A DNA stretch of 64,000 nucleotides from an uncultured Candidatus Entotheonella sp. (GTDB lineage: Bacteria > Tectomicrobia > Entotheonellia > Entotheonellales > Entotheonellaceae): NCBI GenBank assembly GCA_965217185.1, contig OZ244252.1, positions 1,440,001-1,504,000 on the forward strand, in the 5' to 3' direction. The position numbers were made by a program, and so were the translations under genes. The stretch's first letter is position 1. Each line of letters begins with the position of its first letter. The notes under the pieces were generated by a model. The model was given only the letters and a program-made list of their open reading frames with translations. It was not told the DNA's origin and searched no databases. This document shows positions 44,259-53,746 of the stretch, piece by piece.

Positions 44259-45956
44259 TCAGAACGCCTCGCCGGACGCCGCGATGGCTTCCAACTCATC
44301 GCGAGTGTAGGAACCCAGGCTGCGAAAGTCGAACTCGGTGTAATTCTTGATCCATCGCAAGGCAATGGTATACGCCTTGCGGTAGCGCTCGGCGGCTTGG
44401 CGCTGCGATTCGCTGTCGGCATCCGGCAGACGCGCGATGATGTCTTCGCACTCTTCCTGAAGCAGTCGTTTGACCAAGGCGAAATCATGCCGCTGACTGG
44501 GGTCGGCGCGGTCGGCCACACCATGCAGAATGCGCTGAGCGATCTGCGCCACGGACATGCGTCCGGTGGCCAGGTCCTCCATCAGAGCGGGATGGATGCC
44601 CGGTTTGCCGGCCAGGCTGTCGATGCCCTTGGCGCCCCTGCCCTGCAACCAGCCTTCGAGGTATTCCAGAACCATGCGGGCATTGCGGCGCGTGCCCTCG
44701 ACGGTAACGGGACCATCGGGCACACGGAGGTGGATGGGGTAGTTGTCCGGGTCAGCCATCTCAGCAGACGGGGTCCAGCCCGTGGTGCGGAGTTTCTCAA
44801 ACGGCTTGGCAGCCGCGTCCATGTGGAAAATATGGGCCACCCAGGCGCGAAGAAACCCCTGCTCCGCCTCCCACTGCTTATCGGCCCGAATGCCTTCCGC
44901 GGCCACCTCGTTGACGTGCGGGTCGGAACTCGGCAGCGGCGTCGCCATGCCGCCAATGGGCACGGCGCCGCGTTTCAGACATATGGCCACCAGACGCCGG
45001 AAAATGGTAGCGAGAAAGTCCGTGGTCTTGATATCGACGCCGAACCGATCCGGCCACACCGACGCGGGGTCGGCCATTACGTACTCGAAGATGCTCGCCT
45101 TGAAATCCCAACGGGCGGCGTTAAGCCCGGCCGCATAGGGACCCAAGGCGTGCAGCATCTCCTCCATCTGGTAGGCGGCGGGCAGCGATTCCACCAGGAT
45201 GATGGCACGGATAACCGCGTCGCTGAGAAACGGCAGGCAGGCCTGGCTGGCCGCGAAGAAATCGCGCCAGCAGGCGGCTTCGTCGGCCGATTCCAGCTTC
45301 GGCAGGTAGAAATAGATGCCCTGGCCCCGTTCGGCTTGCGCCCGTCCGGCATAGAATAGGGTGAGCGCCGTGCCGAGAATCGCCGCCGACACCGGCTTGC
45401 CGTCGACCGTGACATCCGGTTCATCGAGGTGCAGGCCGCGCTCGCGGTGCATGAAGAAGGGCAACTCGCCCTCGGCCAGGCGATACTCGCGGCCGCGATC
45501 GGGATCGGAAAACGACAGGGTGCGTTCAACCGCCGCCAAGCGGTTCCGCGCCGCCGTCAGCGTATCGATCAGCCGGTGTCCGGCGGCATCCTCGTCGTCA
45601 TCCAGGTCGCCGACGGCACGCGAGCCCTCCGGTCCGGGATTCAACGCGTTGATGAACATGTGGGTTATAGAGGCGGGCCCCGATATTTCGATACCGGGAC
45701 GCTTCAGGTCCTCGGGCACCGGCGGCACTTGCCAATCGCCGGTGTTGATGTCCGACACAGGGGGATGGGTGGGGAGGACGCCGTCCTGCAAGGCGCGGCG
45801 CAGTACTTCGGCGCGGCTCGCGCGCAGCGTTTGGATGCGCGGCGCAAATTTCTCATGCAAGTGCACCAGAAAATCGATAAAGGCATCGCAAAAAAGTTCG
45901 GCCGCCCCTGCCACCGGAGCAAATGCCACTCGCGCCGCCGTTCCTGTCTCTGCCAT
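44259..45956 (-). CDS. Malate synthase (A-type-like, divergent)
   Basis: RERGLHLDE, YFYLPKLE, GLNAARWD, IGGMA, LMEDLAT. Confidence 0.85.
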   Translation of the reverse strand: MAETGTAARVAFAPVAGAAELFCDAFIDFLVHLHEKFAPRIQTLRASRAEVLRRALQDGVLPTHPPVSDINTGDWQVPPVPEDLKRPGIEISGPASITHMFINALNPGPEGSRAVGDLDDDEDAAGHRLIDTLTAARNRLAAVERTLSFSDPDRGREYRLAEGELPFFMHRERGLHLDEPDVTVDGKPVSAAILGTALTLFYAGRAQAERGQGIYFYLPKLESADEAACWRDFFAASQACLPFLSDAVIRAIILVESLPAAYQMEEMLHALGPYAAGLNAARWDFKASIFEYVMADPASVWPDRFGVDIKTTDFLATIFRRLVAICLKRGAVPIGGMATPLPSSDPHVNEVAAEGIRADKQWEAEQGFLRAWVAHIFHMDAAAKPFEKLRTTGWTPSAEMADPDNYPIHLRVPDGPVTVEGTRRNARMVLEYLEGWLQGRGAKGIDSLAGKPGIHPALMEDLATGRMSVAQIAQRILHGVADRADPSQRHDFALVKRLLQEECEDIIARLPDADSESQRQAAERYRKAYTIALRWIKNYTEFDFRSLGSYTRDELEAIAASGEAF

Positions 45957-46131
45957 GCAAAAAACCTCCCTGCTCCCTGAGTCTGATTTGGTATCGATGT
46001 GGAATCGTGATGAACCGGCCTTGTCCCGTAGACGGGACAGAATGCCGGGGCAAGGCCCGAGCACGCCTTCTGCCTTCGATCATCATAATGGCGGAATTGG
46101 CGTTTAACCTAGCATGCGCGTTCGGTTGCCG

Positions 46132-48135
46132 TCAAAGACGGTCGGCAGTGTCTGATGTGCCGTTCGATGAGTCGAGGTGGGAGGCAAACCATTCGAGGAT
46201 GAAGCGAAAACGCTCCAAGCGGTGGCGCGGCTTGCCGGCTCGCGACATATCGTGTCCTTCATCCGGGAAGCGTACGAAGCGTACTTCTTTGTGCTGTTTC
46301 TTCAGAGCCACGAACAGTTGTTCCGCCTGTTCGATGGGGCAGCGTAGATCGTTCTCGGCATGCATGATGAGCAGAGGCGTTGTGATGTCGGCGGCATACG
46401 TCAGCGGCGAGCGTTCCAGGTACCAATCCAGGTTGTCCCAAGGCAGATAGCCGCTCTGTGCCTCGGCAAACGAATGCCCGATGTCGCTGGTGCCGAACAG
46501 CGTGTGCACGTTGTTCACCGCGCGCTCCGAGCAGGCCGCCTTGAAGCGCTGTGTATGCCCGACGGCCCAGGTCGTCAGATAGCCCCCGTAGCTGCCCCCC
46601 ATGACGCCGAGGCGCTGTGGATCGATGAAATCGCACTGCTGGAGGGCCGCGTCCAGGGCCGCCATCACGTCGGCATAGTCCACCCCGCCCCAGTCGCCAA
46701 TCACCCCACGGGTGAACGCCTCGCCGTAACCCTGGCTGCCGCGCGGGTTGGCATACAGGACGGCGTACCCAGCGCCGCCGTAGACCTGAAATTCGTCGAA
46801 GAAATCGTGTCCGTACATCATGTGCGGCCCGCCGTGGATGTTGAGCAGCAGCGGGTAGCGCTTGCCGGGCTCGAAACCGTGCGGCTTCACTACCCAGGCG
46901 TCCAGGCCGCAGCCGTCATGTTCGCAGGCGATACGCTCTGGGGCCGACAATCCGACCTCGGCTTTCCAATCACCGTTGAGGTCGGTCAGACGACGCTCGT
47001 TACTGCCGTCCGATTCACAGGCGAACACCTCGGCAGGATTCGTCGGATCCATAGTGGTGAAGGCGAGCCGGCTGCCGTCAGCCGCGGCTGACAGGTCGGT
47101 GATCTGCCGGGGACCGTCCAGCACGACTTTGGGGGCCTGCCGGGTATTGGCATCGAATTGGTAGGCGTGAACGTCGCCCTGTGTCTGGACGCCAACGGTC
47201 AGCGCGCTACCGTCCGCGGACCACAGCGGACCTTGATTTCCCAGCGCGCGACAATTGCGATCCAGGCCACCGCTCAGGCAGACCGGTGTGTCACCGCCGA
47301 CCGGTACCGTGTACAAACGCCAGTTGTAACCGGCGTCGTAGCGCTGGCGGTGGCCGAGATAGGCAATCTTTCGCCCATCAGGCGAGAAAGTCGGATGCCC
47401 CACCGGCCCGGCGGTGTCCGTCAGGCGACGCGGCTCGCCGCCGGCGGCAGGCATGACCCACACGTCCGACGCATCGTCTTCGTCACGCTCGGTGTGGCGC
47501 GCCGAGGGGAAGGCCAGCAGCGCACCGTCCGGCGACCATGCTGGTTCGCCGTGGTTGAAATCGCCGTCGGTGAGTTGGTTCACATCGCCGTCGTTCACGT
47601 CTACCACGAACAGATGCAAGCGGCGGTCGTAGACGAACCCTTCGCCGTTCATCTTGTATTTGAGGGTCGTAATCACCCGCGCCGGCTTGGAACGCGGTTC
47701 CTCCGCCCCGTCCTGCTGCGTCTCTTCGCCGCCCACATGCGACACGAAAGCCAGACGTCTGCCGTCCGGCGACCACACGGGATCGGCAACACCCTGCGCC
47801 AGTTCGGTCAACCGCACGGATTCGCCGCCATCAAGCGGCATGAGGTACAACTGGGGACGCTTTTGACCCTGTCGCTGGGATACGAATGCCAGCCGAGTTC
47901 CATCCGGCGACCAGCGCGGCGCACCGTCTCGCTTGTCGCCGCTGGTCAAACGGCGCGGCAGTCCGCTATCAACGCCCACTACCCAGATATTGGACAAGTA
48001 CTGGTCGCGCTCCTCGGACAGCGTCGTCACCACGAACGCCACCCGTCGTCCGTCGGGCGACATCCGCACCTCGCTCACCCAGCGGATGCGGGTAATGTCC
48101 TCCGGCGTCATGCCCCGCCGGCGCCTTGCGCTCAT
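46132..48135 (-). CDS. S9 family peptidase with PD40 beta-propeller
   Basis: WSPDG repeats, IHGGP, NPRGS, GGSYGG, D.RCP, EGH. Confidence 0.95.
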   Translation of the reverse strand: MSARRRRGMTPEDITRIRWVSEVRMSPDGRRVAFVVTTLSEERDQYLSNIWVVGVDSGLPRRLTSGDKRDGAPRWSPDGTRLAFVSQRQGQKRPQLYLMPLDGGESVRLTELAQGVADPVWSPDGRRLAFVSHVGGEETQQDGAEEPRSKPARVITTLKYKMNGEGFVYDRRLHLFVVDVNDGDVNQLTDGDFNHGEPAWSPDGALLAFPSARHTERDEDDASDVWVMPAAGGEPRRLTDTAGPVGHPTFSPDGRKIAYLGHRQRYDAGYNWRLYTVPVGGDTPVCLSGGLDRNCRALGNQGPLWSADGSALTVGVQTQGDVHAYQFDANTRQAPKVVLDGPRQITDLSAAADGSRLAFTTMDPTNPAEVFACESDGSNERRLTDLNGDWKAEVGLSAPERIACEHDGCGLDAWVVKPHGFEPGKRYPLLLNIHGGPHMMYGHDFFDEFQVYGGAGYAVLYANPRGSQGYGEAFTRGVIGDWGGVDYADVMAALDAALQQCDFIDPQRLGVMGGSYGGYLTTWAVGHTQRFKAACSERAVNNVHTLFGTSDIGHSFAEAQSGYLPWDNLDWYLERSPLTYAADITTPLLIMHAENDLRCPIEQAEQLFVALKKQHKEVRFVRFPDEGHDMSRAGKPRHRLERFRFILEWFASHLDSSNGTSDTADRL

Positions 48136-48181
48136 ACCATATCTCCTTTTTTATCAATCTTCATTCGACGTGCGGGGCGGC

Positions 48182-48211
48182 ACCCTAGCACGCCGTTTTA
48201 ACGAGTGTCAA
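48182..48211 (-). promoter_or_regulatory. Sigma70-like promoter for the S9 peptidase
   Basis: TTGACA-18 nt-TAGGGT. Confidence 0.45.
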
Positions 48212-48307
48212 ACGATCTGGCGTGTGCTACCATGGCCTCCCTCGGGAGCCTGGAACAATGTATCCCGCCGTTCGAATCGGGCAATTTCACCCGCTGAGGA
48301 GCGCGTC

Positions 48308-49522
48308 ATGGCGATGTCGAACACAGCCCTTGCCGGCACTCGCGTGCTGGACCTCGGGCGTTACCAGGCCGGCCCCCGTATCGGCCTCGTTCTGGCCCGG
48401 CTGGGCGCCGAGGTAATCAAGGTGGAAGCGCCGGGCGGCGACGAGAGCCGCAAAAACGGGCCGTTCGTGCGCGGCCAGAGCGCGTATTGGGTGCAATACA
48501 ACAGCGGCAAGAAGAGCCTCGGCCTCAACCTGCGCACCCAACAGGGGCTCGACGTGGTGCGCCGCCTGGTCAAAATCTCTGACGTGCTCATCCAGAACTT
48601 CCGGCCCGGTACCATCGCTACCATGGGGCTCGGCTACGACCGCCTCAAAGAACTGAATCCCGGCATCGTCATGGTCAACGTGTCGGCCTACGGGCAGTAC
48701 GGCCCCTACCGCGATCGCATCGGCTTCGACCCCATCGGCCAGGCCATTAGCGGCATGATGTCCCTTACCGGGTTTCCCGGGAACCCGCCGACCCGCACCT
48801 ACAACCCCGTAATCGATCGCATTACCGCCTTGCACGGCACCATCGGCACCCTGGCGGCACTCCAGGAACGCCACGTTTCCGGCGAAGGCCAGTGCGTTGA
48901 CGTGTGCCTGGCCGATACCGGCTTCAGCATGACGGAAATCCAGTGCGCCGCGTTCCTTGGCGAGGGCATGGTGCCGGAGCGCACCGGCAACGGCCGCGGC
49001 CTGATGAACACCTACGAAACCCGCGACGGCTGGGTGCTCGTCGCTGCTATCAGCGACAACATCTGGCCGCGTCTGTGCGAGGCCATCGACGCCCCAGAGT
49101 GGGTGAGCGACGCGCGCTTGAAGACGGTTGACGACCGCGGACGGGCCTGGGAGGTCATCGAGGAACGGCTGCGCCTCTGGTTCGGCAATCGCACGGTGCG
49201 GGAATCGGTGGACCGTTTCTCAGAGTTAGGGATTCCGATCAACGCCGTGAACGACGTGCCCTCCGCCGCCCACGACCCCCAGTTGCACGAGCGCGAACTG
49301 CTGGTCGAAGTGAACGACCCCGTCGCCGGAACTATTCACGTCTCCGGCAAGAACATCAAACTGAGCCGCAGCGAAACGGTGGTGGGCTCGGCGCCGTTGC
49401 CCGGTCAGCACACCGAGGAAATCCTCACCGGCCTGCTCGGCTGTACCCCACAGGACATCGATGATCTGGAAGCCGCCGGCGCCGTCTATCGCAGCACGCC
49501 GCAACCAGTGGATGGTGATTAG
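48308..49522 (+). CDS. CaiB/BaiF family III CoA-transferase
   Basis: RVLDL..AGP, GAEVIKVE, NFRPG, GFD. Confidence 0.93.
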   Translation: MAMSNTALAGTRVLDLGRYQAGPRIGLVLARLGAEVIKVEAPGGDESRKNGPFVRGQSAYWVQYNSGKKSLGLNLRTQQGLDVVRRLVKISDVLIQNFRPGTIATMGLGYDRLKELNPGIVMVNVSAYGQYGPYRDRIGFDPIGQAISGMMSLTGFPGNPPTRTYNPVIDRITALHGTIGTLAALQERHVSGEGQCVDVCLADTGFSMTEIQCAAFLGEGMVPERTGNGRGLMNTYETRDGWVLVAAISDNIWPRLCEAIDAPEWVSDARLKTVDDRGRAWEVIEERLRLWFGNRTVRESVDRFSELGIPINAVNDVPSAAHDPQLHERELLVEVNDPVAGTIHVSGKNIKLSRSETVVGSAPLPGQHTEEILTGLLGCTPQDIDDLEAAGAVYRSTPQPVDGD

Positions 49523-49578
49523 TCATGAGTCCCTTGCTATTTCCTATCCACTTACCCCTGCTTTAACGGGAGGCAAGC

Positions 49579-51654
49579 ATGAGAAGCTACCGCTATTCAC
49601 GCTGGGATGGGACGCAGGAATCGTTGCCGGTCGACGGCGAAGACCTGATGGAGGCCATGGCGGACGATTTGGCGTCGCACGGCGACCTCCGTCAGGCGCT
49701 GCGCAATCTGATGCAACGCGGCATGCAGGGGCGCATGGGCAGCGGCTTCGAGGGCATTCGGGAGATGATCGAACGCCTCAAGCAGCAGAGCCGCGAACGC
49801 CTGGAGCGTTATAACCTGGCGTCGCTCGTGGATGAATTGAAGGAACGTCTGGACAACATTATCCAGCAGGAGAAGGAGGCGCTGAGCCCGCCGCAGCAGC
49901 AGGGGCAACAGGGCGATGAGGCCGCGACTGGCTCTCAGGCCTCCGGCGAGCCGGCGGATGGAGCCGAGCAGCAAAGCGGCCAGGGGACACCCGAGGCATC
50001 GGGTCAATCCGGCCAAGCGGGAACCGGTGACAACCAAGAGCGCCGGGAATTCATGGATCAGTTGCCGGAGGATTTCGCCAGCCGCGTCAAGTCGCTGCAG
50101 CCATACAACTTCTTCGACCCGCAGGCGCAGCAGGCTTTCGACGAGCTCATGGAGATGCTCAAGCAGCAGGCCATGGGCAACGCCATGCGCGACATGGCGC
50201 AGCGTTTTGCCGACATGTCGCCCGAAGAGCGCCAGCGTCTGAAGGAGATGATCGCCGATCTGAACCGCATGCTGGACCAGCAGGTGTGGGGCGAGCAGCC
50301 CGATTTTAACGGCTTCATGCAGAAGTACGGCGACATGTTTAGCGGCAATCCGCCGCAGAGCCTGGAAGAACTGACCCAACAGATGGCTTCGCGCATGGCG
50401 CAGATGCAATCGCTGTTCAACAGCCTGCCGGAGGACCTGCGGCAAGAGCTTCAGGAGATGCTGAGCGCGGCCTTCGAGGATGAAGAATTGGCGGCCGAGA
50501 TGGCGGAATTACAGGCGAACCTCGACTTCCTCGCCGCCGATGAGCGGCCTTCCTACGAGTTCAGCGGCGACGCCGACGTGCCGCTGGAGCAGGCCATGCA
50601 CCTGATGGATGAGTTGCAGAAGGTCGATGCCTTGCGGCAGCAGTTGCAAGACGTGGGCAAGGCCGGCTCCCTGCAGGATGTCGATGCCGAGACGCTGGAA
50701 GCCATCCTCGGCCCCGAGGGGCGCCAGGAATTGGAGAAATTGCGCGAGCTCGAGCGTCGTTTGGAGGAAGCCGGCTATCTGAAACGCCAGGGCGATCGCC
50801 TCGAACTGACGGCCAAAGGGGTGCGTAAAATCGGCTCCAAGGTGCTCCGAGACATCTTCAATCGCCTCAAGGTTGGCCGCAACGGCGGGCACCGCACCGA
50901 CCGGCGTGGCATCGGCATCGAGGCACGGCTCGACACCAAGGCTTACGAGTACGGCGACCGTTTCAGCCTGCACTTGCAGCAGAGCCTGATGAACGCCGTG
51001 CAGCGCCAGGGCAAGGGTGCCCCGGTGCGCATTCTGCCGGAGGATTTTGAGGTGTATCGGGACGAGAACCTGAACCAGTGCTCCACCGTTCTGATGCTGG
51101 ATCAGAGCCGCTCGATGGGGCTGAACGGCTGCTTCGACGCCGCCAAAAAGGTGGCGCTGGCCTTGCATAGCCTGATCAAGATTCAGTATCCGAAGGACAG
51201 CCTGCACATCATCGGGTTTGCCGAGTACGCCAGTGAACTGCGCCACGAGGACATTCCGTCGTCGTCCTGGGGCAGCTACTATCCGGGCACCAACATGCAC
51301 CACGCCCTGATGATCGCCCGGCGGCTGCTGTCGCGCTCGCGGCACGGCCAGCGGCAGGTGCTGATGGTCACCGACGGCGAGCCGACCGCCCATCTGGAGC
51401 AGAACCTCGCGTACTTTAACTATCCCCCCACTTGGCGGACCATCGAGCAGACGCTTCAGGAGGTCAAGCGCTGCACCCGCGAGGGCATCGTGATCAACAC
51501 GTTCATGATGGAGCAGGATCCGTACCTGATGCGGTTCGTTCAGGAAATCACCAAGATCAACCGCGGGCGGGCGTTCTTTTCCTCCCCCAGCCACTTGGGG
51601 CAGTACGTTGTCACCGACTACCTCAACAACAAGCGTCGCCGGCGCATCGCCTGA
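49579..51654 (+). CDS. vWA domain-containing protein with long helical N-terminus
   Basis: YSRWDGTQ start, DQSRSM MIDAS, GTNMHHAL, VTDGEPTAH. Confidence 0.88.
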   Translation: MRSYRYSRWDGTQESLPVDGEDLMEAMADDLASHGDLRQALRNLMQRGMQGRMGSGFEGIREMIERLKQQSRERLERYNLASLVDELKERLDNIIQQEKEALSPPQQQGQQGDEAATGSQASGEPADGAEQQSGQGTPEASGQSGQAGTGDNQERREFMDQLPEDFASRVKSLQPYNFFDPQAQQAFDELMEMLKQQAMGNAMRDMAQRFADMSPEERQRLKEMIADLNRMLDQQVWGEQPDFNGFMQKYGDMFSGNPPQSLEELTQQMASRMAQMQSLFNSLPEDLRQELQEMLSAAFEDEELAAEMAELQANLDFLAADERPSYEFSGDADVPLEQAMHLMDELQKVDALRQQLQDVGKAGSLQDVDAETLEAILGPEGRQELEKLRELERRLEEAGYLKRQGDRLELTAKGVRKIGSKVLRDIFNRLKVGRNGGHRTDRRGIGIEARLDTKAYEYGDRFSLHLQQSLMNAVQRQGKGAPVRILPEDFEVYRDENLNQCSTVLMLDQSRSMGLNGCFDAAKKVALALHSLIKIQYPKDSLHIIGFAEYASELRHEDIPSSSWGSYYPGTNMHHALMIARRLLSRSRHGQRQVLMVTDGEPTAHLEQNLAYFNYPPTWRTIEQTLQEVKRCTREGIVINTFMMEQDPYLMRFVQEITKINRGRAFFSSPSHLGQYVVTDYLNNKRRRRIA

Positions 51655-51713
51655 GCGGGAAGGCTCACCCCCCGCAGGTTGGTACTACCTACCTTACCGA
51701 GGGGGAGTCTCTG

Positions 51714-51752
51714 CCCCCTCTCCCCTGGAGGGAGAGGGTTGGGGTGAGGGGG
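51714..51752 (+). repeat. Palindromic intergenic repeat of the CCCCTCTCCC..GGGAGAGGG..GGGGTGAGGGG type
   Basis: CCCTCTCCC-CTGGA-GGGAGAGGG stem plus GGGGTGAGGGG tail between convergent genes. Confidence 0.7.
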
Positions 51753-51767
51753 AATTCGGCGAAGACG

Positions 51768-52766
51768 TTACCGGATTTTCCCCTCGACGTGGGTCAGGGT
51801 GAAAGTCCTGCCCGGCTTGCGGGGATAGACGATCAAGCGGGCGCGCGACAGCGTCTTCTCCACTGTTTCCAGCCACAACCGTCCCTTCGACACTTGCGGC
51901 GAGGTGCGCACCTGCTCGGCCAGCTTGACGAAGCGTTGTGCCTCGCCGTGAGCCGCGTTGACCACCTCGCTGCGATAAATTTCCGCCTCCTGCCGAATCC
52001 GGTGGGCCTGTGCGCGGGCACGCGGCAGCAGGTCCTTGGCGTAGCCGTCGGCGACGTTCATGAGCCGCTGGCGGTCCGCCTTGGCGCTGGACACGTCGTT
52101 GAAAGCGGCGATGACGTTCGGTGGCGGGTTGTCCTCGACGATGTTCACCGACACCACCTGCACGCCCAGTCCCATGGCATCCACCAGTTCCTGGGTCAGA
52201 ACCCGCGATTCTTCCTGGATGCGCGCCTTGCCGCTGGACAGCACGTCGTCAACCTTCATGCGTGCAACCAGGAAGGTCAGGACGCTCTCGGCGGCCTTGC
52301 GCAGCGCCATGTCGCGAGATTGCCCGTCGCTGAAATCGGCGATGCGAAACAGGTAGTCGACCGGCGACTTGATGATGTACTGGATGGCTGTCTGCATTTC
52401 GACGATGTTGGTGTCGCCCGTGAGCCATTGCACCGCTTCCTCCATCGCCACCTCGTCCGCTTGTTCAGCCTCTTGATAGCTGAAGCCGACGGCCATGGTT
52501 TGCACCTCGGTGGTGCGCACGAGGCGCATGGTTTCCAGCGGGTACGGCAGGATGAAGTGCATGCCCGCCGGCAGGATGCTGCGCACGCGGCCAAAGCGCA
52601 GCACGACGCCCTGCTCGTTTTGATTCACCACCCAGACGCCAGTGACGGCCATGTGGCCGATGAGCGCGACGAGCAGAAGTGGCAGCAGGTACCAGCCGCG
52701 CAGCCGCAAGCCCAACCGGCGGCTGCCGGCGCCGTTGTCGGCCGATGGCGTGGCGTCGGGCGTCAT
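51768..52766 (-). CDS. HflK-like SPFH protein
   Basis: EQGVVLRFG, LTGDTNIV, PPPNVIAAFNDVSSA, LPRAR, RLWLET. Confidence 0.9.
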   Translation of the reverse strand: MTPDATPSADNGAGSRRLGLRLRGWYLLPLLLVALIGHMAVTGVWVVNQNEQGVVLRFGRVRSILPAGMHFILPYPLETMRLVRTTEVQTMAVGFSYQEAEQADEVAMEEAVQWLTGDTNIVEMQTAIQYIIKSPVDYLFRIADFSDGQSRDMALRKAAESVLTFLVARMKVDDVLSSGKARIQEESRVLTQELVDAMGLGVQVVSVNIVEDNPPPNVIAAFNDVSSAKADRQRLMNVADGYAKDLLPRARAQAHRIRQEAEIYRSEVVNAAHGEAQRFVKLAEQVRTSPQVSKGRLWLETVEKTLSRARLIVYPRKPGRTFTLTHVEGKIR

Positions 52767-53719
52767 TGGGCAACTCCTTCCTGCTGTTCCGTCAAGCGCT
52801 TCAGGCTGTCGGCCGCGTCACCGACCTGCGCCGGCACGGCGTCGCTGTTAGGCGTTTGCAGCACCTTGAGCAACTCGGAGTCGCTCGGCACCACGATGGT
52901 GGAACTCTCGCCAATAATGTTCTGGTACGCCTCTAGCGACCGCACGAACTCGAAGAATTCCGGGTCCTGGCCGAACGCCTCGGCGTAAATGCGGGTGGCC
53001 TCGGCGTCGGCCTCGCCGCGAATCTCCTCGGCCTGACGGCGCGCCTCGTTCAGCAGTACGGCTTCCTCACGGTCGGCGCTGGCGCGAATCTTCTCGGCTT
53101 CCTCCTCCCCCTCGGAGCGGTATAGCCGCGCGATGCGTTGTCGCTCGGCTTCCATGCGGCGGAACACCGCCTGCTTATTCTGCGGCGGAAAATTGAGGCG
53201 TTTGATGCGCACCGCGGCAATGTGCACCCCGAAGCTGTCGCTGGCGCGCTGCGCCGCCTTGCGGGTGATGTCGCGCATCACGTCGGCCATCGTCTGATCC
53301 TGCTCCTCGGTCGATACCAGGGCCGACAGCGGATACGCCCCGAGCGTCGTGCCGACTTCCGAACGCATGATGTCCGTCAGCCGCGCCTCGGCACTGGTCT
53401 TGTCGGTCAGGCTGACCAGATAGCGCAGCGGGTTGGACACCGACCAGACGAGGAAATTGCTCACCAGGATGTTCTTCTTGTCCGAGGTCAAGTACTCGCC
53501 GGGCTCGGGATCAAGCACGTTGGTGCGCCGGTCGATGCGCAGCAGGGTCTCGAAGGGCGGTGGCAATTTGAAGTGCAGGCCGGCCTGGCCGATCACCCGC
53601 CGCGGATCGCCGAAACGCGCCACAATGGCGTACTCGGTCTCCTGAACCTGGAAGGTGCTCGCGACGGCGACGAGCGCTATCACGACCACCACGCCAATCA
53701 CGATCAGAACGCTTCGCAT
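52763..53719 (-). CDS. HflC-like SPFH protein
   Basis: LTSDKKNI, VRIKR, RMEAER, RSEG, DPEFFEFVRSLEAY. Confidence 0.92.
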   Translation of the reverse strand: MRSVLIVIGVVVVIALVAVASTFQVQETEYAIVARFGDPRRVIGQAGLHFKLPPPFETLLRIDRRTNVLDPEPGEYLTSDKKNILVSNFLVWSVSNPLRYLVSLTDKTSAEARLTDIMRSEVGTTLGAYPLSALVSTEEQDQTMADVMRDITRKAAQRASDSFGVHIAAVRIKRLNFPPQNKQAVFRRMEAERQRIARLYRSEGEEEAEKIRASADREEAVLLNEARRQAEEIRGEADAEATRIYAEAFGQDPEFFEFVRSLEAYQNIIGESSTIVVPSDSELLKVLQTPNSDAVPAQVGDAADSLKRLTEQQEGVAQ

Positions 53720-53746
53720 GTCATGACCTCCGCAGCAATGAATGCC

